Positions 63,744 to 64,000 of a DNA stretch of 64,000 nt are shown here, piece after piece. The translations under genes were made by a program, and so were the position numbers. The stretch's first letter is position 1, and each line of letters opens with the position of its first letter. The notes under the pieces are model-generated. The model ran no database searches. It saw nothing but the letters and a program-made list of their open reading frames with translations, and was not told where the DNA came from. Origin of the DNA: Mizuhopecten yessoensis (Eukaryota); contig NW_018407496.1 of assembly GCF_002113885.1 (NCBI RefSeq), positions 512,994 through 576,993 of the forward strand, written 5' to 3'.

Positions 63744-64000
63744 TTTTGAATTGATGTAGTTCAGTGAAACAAATAGCTGTATATTATTTTAATTCAAAAT
63801 ATAGTTCCCCTGTTTGTGAATTTGCCATCCTGTTCTTTTCTGGAGAAACCAAATTATTTATGATTAAGTAGATATAATTATAATACAAACAAACATGGGG
63901 TAAATACAACATTTTTATTATATTCCAAAGATTACAAATGGTAGTTGATAAAATACAAAGATACAGTTATGATTTAGAGAACTACAACAGTCAACACCAC

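Overview
AT-rich eukaryotic (metazoan) genomic DNA with GT-AG introns. The repeat families and the RING-less B-box/propeller gene suggest a bivalve mollusc such as a scallop (inference). It is a draft assembly with several single-N joins and an 885-N gap. From left to right: (1) a BCAR3/SH2D3C (NSP-family) SH2 + RasGEF-like gene, 2302-7459. (2) An apparently triplicated tandem block (~8261-27780) containing one intact intronless B-box/coiled-coil/NHL-like (TRIM-like) gene, one copy almost wholly deleted, and one copy disrupted by an L1/Tx1 LINE. (3) Two adjacent multi-exon + strand genes, ~31839-40600 and ~44757-60131, encoding ~2200-aa and ~1900-aa low-complexity proteins with no recognisable domain. 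They share exon architecture and a short C-terminal motif (ENLxFFxxV[SA][KR]..F[YF]K) and look like deeply diverged paralogues or one gene with alternative last exons. (4) Many repeats: mini/satellites, SINE, CR1, Penelope-like fragments and several MITEs. Among these is a 27-bp hairpin element with 7-bp GTnnnAC target duplications, for which the empty paralogous site is also in the window. No rRNA, tRNA or CRISPR features were found.
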